Below, in pieces: positions 38,052-41,519 of a DNA stretch of 41,519 nt; positions within the stretch are counted from its first letter, which is position 1, and each line of letters starts with the position of its first letter. The translations under genes and the position numbers were made by a program. This DNA comes from Candidatus Berkelbacteria bacterium CG10_big_fil_rev_8_21_14_0_10_43_13 (GTDB lineage Bacteria > Patescibacteriota > UBA1384 > XYA2-FULL-43-10 > 1-14-0-10-43-13), in assembly GCA_002773985.1 (NCBI GenBank), contig PEZW01000028.1, forward strand, positions 1 through 41,519, written 5' to 3'. Below the pieces are notes generated by a model. That model was not told the origin of the DNA. It saw only the letters and a program-made list of their open reading frames with translations, and made no database searches.

Positions 38052-39251
38052 CTATATACTCAATACTGAATTATAAACTTCCAGCGTCTGCTTAGCCGTT
38101 TCGGCCCAGTCATATTTCTTGACCTGCTCTAGGCCAGACTTAATCAACTTTTGTCGTAGGCTGTGGTCAGAGATTATTTTTTTGATCGCACCAGTGATGT
38201 CGTCAACATTTAACGGGTCGAAATAAAGTGCGGCGTCACCCAGAATTTCCGGCATACAGGAAACTTTTGACGAGATGACCGGCGTGCCACAGGCCATTGC
38301 TTCAAGCGGCGGCCAGCCGAAACCTTCGGCTAGCGATGGTATCACGTAAGCAATCGCTCCGGCATAAATAGCGGCCAATTCGTCGTCAGAGCCAACTGGA
38401 CCAGAAGTCACAATTGCTTCATTGCTCCATTGCTTCATTGCTCGGCTGTTAATTCGAGCAATTTCTTTTAGAAGCGTTTTTTCTTTTCTGTCAATTTTGC
38501 CAACTAAAACTAACTGGACAAATTTTTCATTTTCAAAAACGTACTTCTCGTAAGCCGCAAGTAAACGCGATAAATTCTTGTGTGACTTCCAAGCACCAAC
38601 ATAGAGAAGATAATCATTTTCAATTTTATTTTTCTGGCAAAACTTGTCGAGAAGTTCTCGGTGGCTCTTGGCTGTGATATTAAATTTAGAATGATCAATG
38701 CCATGATAGATAAGATTAATCTTTTCCTCGCGACCTCGCAAAGTGTAAATTATTTCTCGTTTTGTTTCCTCCGAAGCAGTGATAATCGCCGCCGAATCTC
38801 GCGCGGCCGATTTTAGCACGGGCAAGAATGCTGCTCTTTTGACGAAATTTGCCTTGGCATGATTTAGCAATATCAGATCATGAATCGTCACGACAAATTT
38901 GCCCCGATAACGAATCGGGTGATTGAATTGAGGAAAATGAACAAGATCATAGTGTTCTTTTTTAAGAAATTTCAACAGACCAACTTGTTCGTTTAGCGAG
39001 TAATGCTTAATATCCAAAACTTTGATTTGTAAATTTCTAATTTCTAATTCCGAATTTCTAATTAAATTCCCAAGTTCCAATTTTTTAATGTCAAAACTTC
39101 CGCCGCAAGCATCTACTCCGGCAGGGCGAATTAGCAAGGTGTAACTATTTTTTTTGTCCAATTCCAAAATGTGTGACAGTAATTCTAGTGTGTACCGTCC
39201 GATCGACTCCCCAACCCCAACGAAACGACCATCAATTAAGATTCTACTCAT
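38052..39251 (-). CDS. GT4 (group 1) glycosyltransferase
   Basis: ILIDGR, VVTIHDL, LYVG....HKN, PSLAEGFGWPPLEAMACGTPV. Confidence 0.95.
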   Translation of the reverse strand: MSRILIDGRFVGVGESIGRYTLELLSHILELDKKNSYTLLIRPAGVDACGGSFDIKKLELGNLIRNSELEIRNLQIKVLDIKHYSLNEQVGLLKFLKKEHYDLVHFPQFNHPIRYRGKFVVTIHDLILLNHAKANFVKRAAFLPVLKSAARDSAAIITASEETKREIIYTLRGREEKINLIYHGIDHSKFNITAKSHRELLDKFCQKNKIENDYLLYVGAWKSHKNLSRLLAAYEKYVFENEKFVQLVLVGKIDRKEKTLLKEIARINSRAMKQWSNEAIVTSGPVGSDDELAAIYAGAIAYVIPSLAEGFGWPPLEAMACGTPVISSKVSCMPEILGDAALYFDPLNVDDITGAIKKIISDHSLRQKLIKSGLEQVKKYDWAETAKQTLEVYNSVLSI

Positions 39252-40461
39252 CTTTTTTTCCTAAATTAGCACCAATCAGTGCAAACAATGTCCAGCTGGT
39301 CGCTGGGCTATCAGCAAAGGTGTGAAGAAATATTGCCGCGATCGACACTGCGATCAACCCGTAAGCCAGACCAGTATTTTTCTTTATCATATCGAGAAAC
39401 AAAACCACTATCAACCAAAGCCAACAAACTAAACCAATGACTCCAATCTCAAGTAAAATTTGCAGGTACCATGACTCGGAGATAAGACCGTCGTGATATT
39501 TCAGCACTAGCGGTCCAGCCGAACTCAGCCCTGAACCAAAAAGTAATTTGACCGGCTGGCGGAGACGTTTTTTCATCTCTGTCAGAGTCGTTGTCGCAGC
39601 AATTTCGTGGCTGACTTGCGATGTATCATGAGTCAAAATTGATGCCGTGGCACTGCCGCCGCTGACCGTTTTGACAGATAAAATAGGGATTAGCATCACA
39701 ATAATTGAGATAAAAATTATTTTAAACCGAACCGACCAACTTTTAAAAACAAAAATCAGTGTGAGCAAGACAATCACTGCCAAGCCGATCCAAGCCGCCC
39801 GAGAATAAGCGAAGCCGAGACCAAGAATTATGATCATGTAATACAAATAATCAGTCCAGTTAAATTTCTTTGCTCGAGCAATTCTTACCAAAACTAGGCC
39901 AGCCGCCAACAAAAGATAATTAGAGAGTTGGCTTGGTCCGTTAAAAATCGAGTCACTTCGTGGCGTCAGGCCGACAAAGTAGTTGCCGAAACCAAAATCA
40001 GGCGAGAAATTCAACAATTTCTGCCAGTAATGAACCGGCAGAAAACGTTCGACAATTGCCCAGGCTGAAATCAACCCAGCCAGAACTAAATAGATTTTAA
40101 TTAGACTCTGCGATAATTTTTCCGGTAAATCAGAGGCGATAAACAGTGTTAGCAGAAAAAACAAATCAAAGCGGAAACCCTCGATACCGCGACCCGCACT
40201 CTTGGACAAGAAGACGGCAGAGATCAGACCAAAAACGATTAAAATCAGGGCGATCACCCGGCCGCTTGAAAGATGTTTTTTGATACGAACCAGAAAAAAC
40301 AAAAGTATGAAAAATTCATACCAATGCGCTAGCCAGAAGGAAGTTCCAGCACTAAAATGGCAGACATTAAATAAAAATTCTTGTGCAAAGACCTGAAATG
40401 GCAAATAGACTATTAGTATCGCAAGAAATATAAAAACAAATTTTTGCCAATTCTTTTTCAT
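39244..40461 (-). CDS. O-antigen ligase/polymerase-like membrane protein
   Basis: Many TMs; R..SIFNGP, YSRAAWIG, FGSG, ESWYLQILLEIGVIG. Confidence 0.8.
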   Translation of the reverse strand: MKKNWQKFVFIFLAILIVYLPFQVFAQEFLFNVCHFSAGTSFWLAHWYEFFILLFFLVRIKKHLSSGRVIALILIVFGLISAVFLSKSAGRGIEGFRFDLFFLLTLFIASDLPEKLSQSLIKIYLVLAGLISAWAIVERFLPVHYWQKLLNFSPDFGFGNYFVGLTPRSDSIFNGPSQLSNYLLLAAGLVLVRIARAKKFNWTDYLYYMIIILGLGFAYSRAAWIGLAVIVLLTLIFVFKSWSVRFKIIFISIIVMLIPILSVKTVSGGSATASILTHDTSQVSHEIAATTTLTEMKKRLRQPVKLLFGSGLSSAGPLVLKYHDGLISESWYLQILLEIGVIGLVCWLWLIVVLFLDMIKKNTGLAYGLIAVSIAAIFLHTFADSPATSWTLFALIGANLGKKDE

Positions 40462-41519
40462 TCTAATTGCTCCTCATTACTATCGGCTGAACCAAGGATT
40501 AATAGAAACGTATAGACGGCAACTTGACCGGTATATAAACTGATAAAAAGACCGGCGACAAGAAAAGCTGGAACTAGCAGACGAGCCGTCCGAAATGTCG
40601 GATTGTCTGACGGTGCTACTACAATTTTGCGCCACAACAGAACTATAATACTTATAAAAAGCAAAAGGCCGATCAAACCAAACTCCTCAAATGTATCTAG
40701 GTAGGTACTTTCTGTCCAGTAATTTGGCCCATCATCAAGTCGATTTTGTGTCGTCGGCCCGGCATCACCAGCACCACGACCAAGCAAGCCGATGTCATGT
40801 CTGGTCTGCCAAATTCGTTTATACTCAGCAAATCGTTCATTTGTCGAAACTCCATGAGTGACAATTTGATTGACTGTCGCCGATTTTCGCGCCAGAACAA
40901 AAATCCCGGCACAAACGATCAATAATATTGCTATAAGTTGTGCAACTTTTGTCACCCTAAATTTGTAACGCGAAACGAGGGCGACAAAAGAAAGCACTAC
41001 CAGCCCAATCCAGACACTTCTCGAAAAAGTCAGTATAGCAATTAAAAAATAAACCCAGATCAACCATTTTGGTGTTTTTAATTCTTTGCCCCAAGATAAG
41101 ACAATTGTGATTAAAACAAGGAGATATAGTCCGAAAGCGTTTGGTCCAGCCAAGACTGATTGGAGCCGATGCAGATTGGCCGCACCGACAAAATGATCAG
41201 CTGAGAGTGTCCCCTGACTCGAGATCGCCGTCACTAGTGGTAGCTTGACACCGATTAGTTCCGGTATGGATAGAGTGACGATGAACACACTGACCCAGAT
41301 AACACTTTTGAAAATGGATTTTTTTTCTGATTGGGTAAAATTAGCCAAACTCAAAGTTAGGAGAAAAAGCATCGGTACGGCTGAAAAACGAACGCCACGA
41401 AGCCACTGCAAGGTGCTTGCCTCGCTCCAGAAATATGATAAAAGAATCCAAAATATATAGACAATAATTAGAAAAATCGGTAATGATTTTATTTTTTGCA
41501 AATTCACCCGAGGCAAAAC
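40458..41519 (-). CDS. O-antigen ligase/polymerase-like membrane protein (5'-truncated by window end)
   Basis: RLQSVLAGPN, TFSRSVWIG, LGRGAG, ESTYL..FEEFGLIG; paralogous to the neighbouring gene. Confidence 0.8.
   Translation of the reverse strand, partial: VLPRVNLQKIKSLPIFLIIVYIFWILLSYFWSEASTLQWLRGVRFSAVPMLFLLTLSLANFTQSEKKSIFKSVIWVSVFIVTLSIPELIGVKLPLVTAISSQGTLSADHFVGAANLHRLQSVLAGPNAFGLYLLVLITIVLSWGKELKTPKWLIWVYFLIAILTFSRSVWIGLVVLSFVALVSRYKFRVTKVAQLIAILLIVCAGIFVLARKSATVNQIVTHGVSTNERFAEYKRIWQTRHDIGLLGRGAGDAGPTTQNRLDDGPNYWTESTYLDTFEEFGLIGLLLFISIIVLLWRKIVVAPSDNPTFRTARLLVPAFLVAGLFISLYTGQVAVYTFLLILGSADSNEEQLE

Overview
Bacterial chromosome segment, genetic code 11. The gene set and style (fermentative enzymes, long-tailed S6, MGRG-type EF-P, many orphans) suggest Patescibacteria/CPR; this is inference only. 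The backbone is housekeeping: SDR, Ca/Na antiporter, frameshifted HD protein, ppsA, recX/recA, RodZ-like, ftsK, RNase J, UDG, D-2-hydroxyacid dehydrogenase, ychF, rpsF-ssb-rpsR, efp, groESL, pyrG, P-type ATPase, VanW, hppA, GT4 and two O-antigen-ligase-like genes. Three unexplained layers overlie it. (1) GC-rich orphan 'cassettes', each running from an AT-rich sigma70-like promoter to a long 3' hairpin; they include five tiny single-TM proteins, two degenerate PurH-N-domain paralogs and a filamin-like protein. (2) A four-helix-bundle gene bracketed by mutually inverted octamer arrays, plus many empty array/inverse-array sites. (3) Several families of short nested palindromic elements, some inserted in frame in ychF, rnj and udg, and three loop-less 46-54 bp palindromes sharing an RCGRTCGT centre. 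No rRNA, tRNA, CRISPR, transposase, integrase or reverse transcriptase was seen. All calls come from motif recognition by eye; no searches were run.
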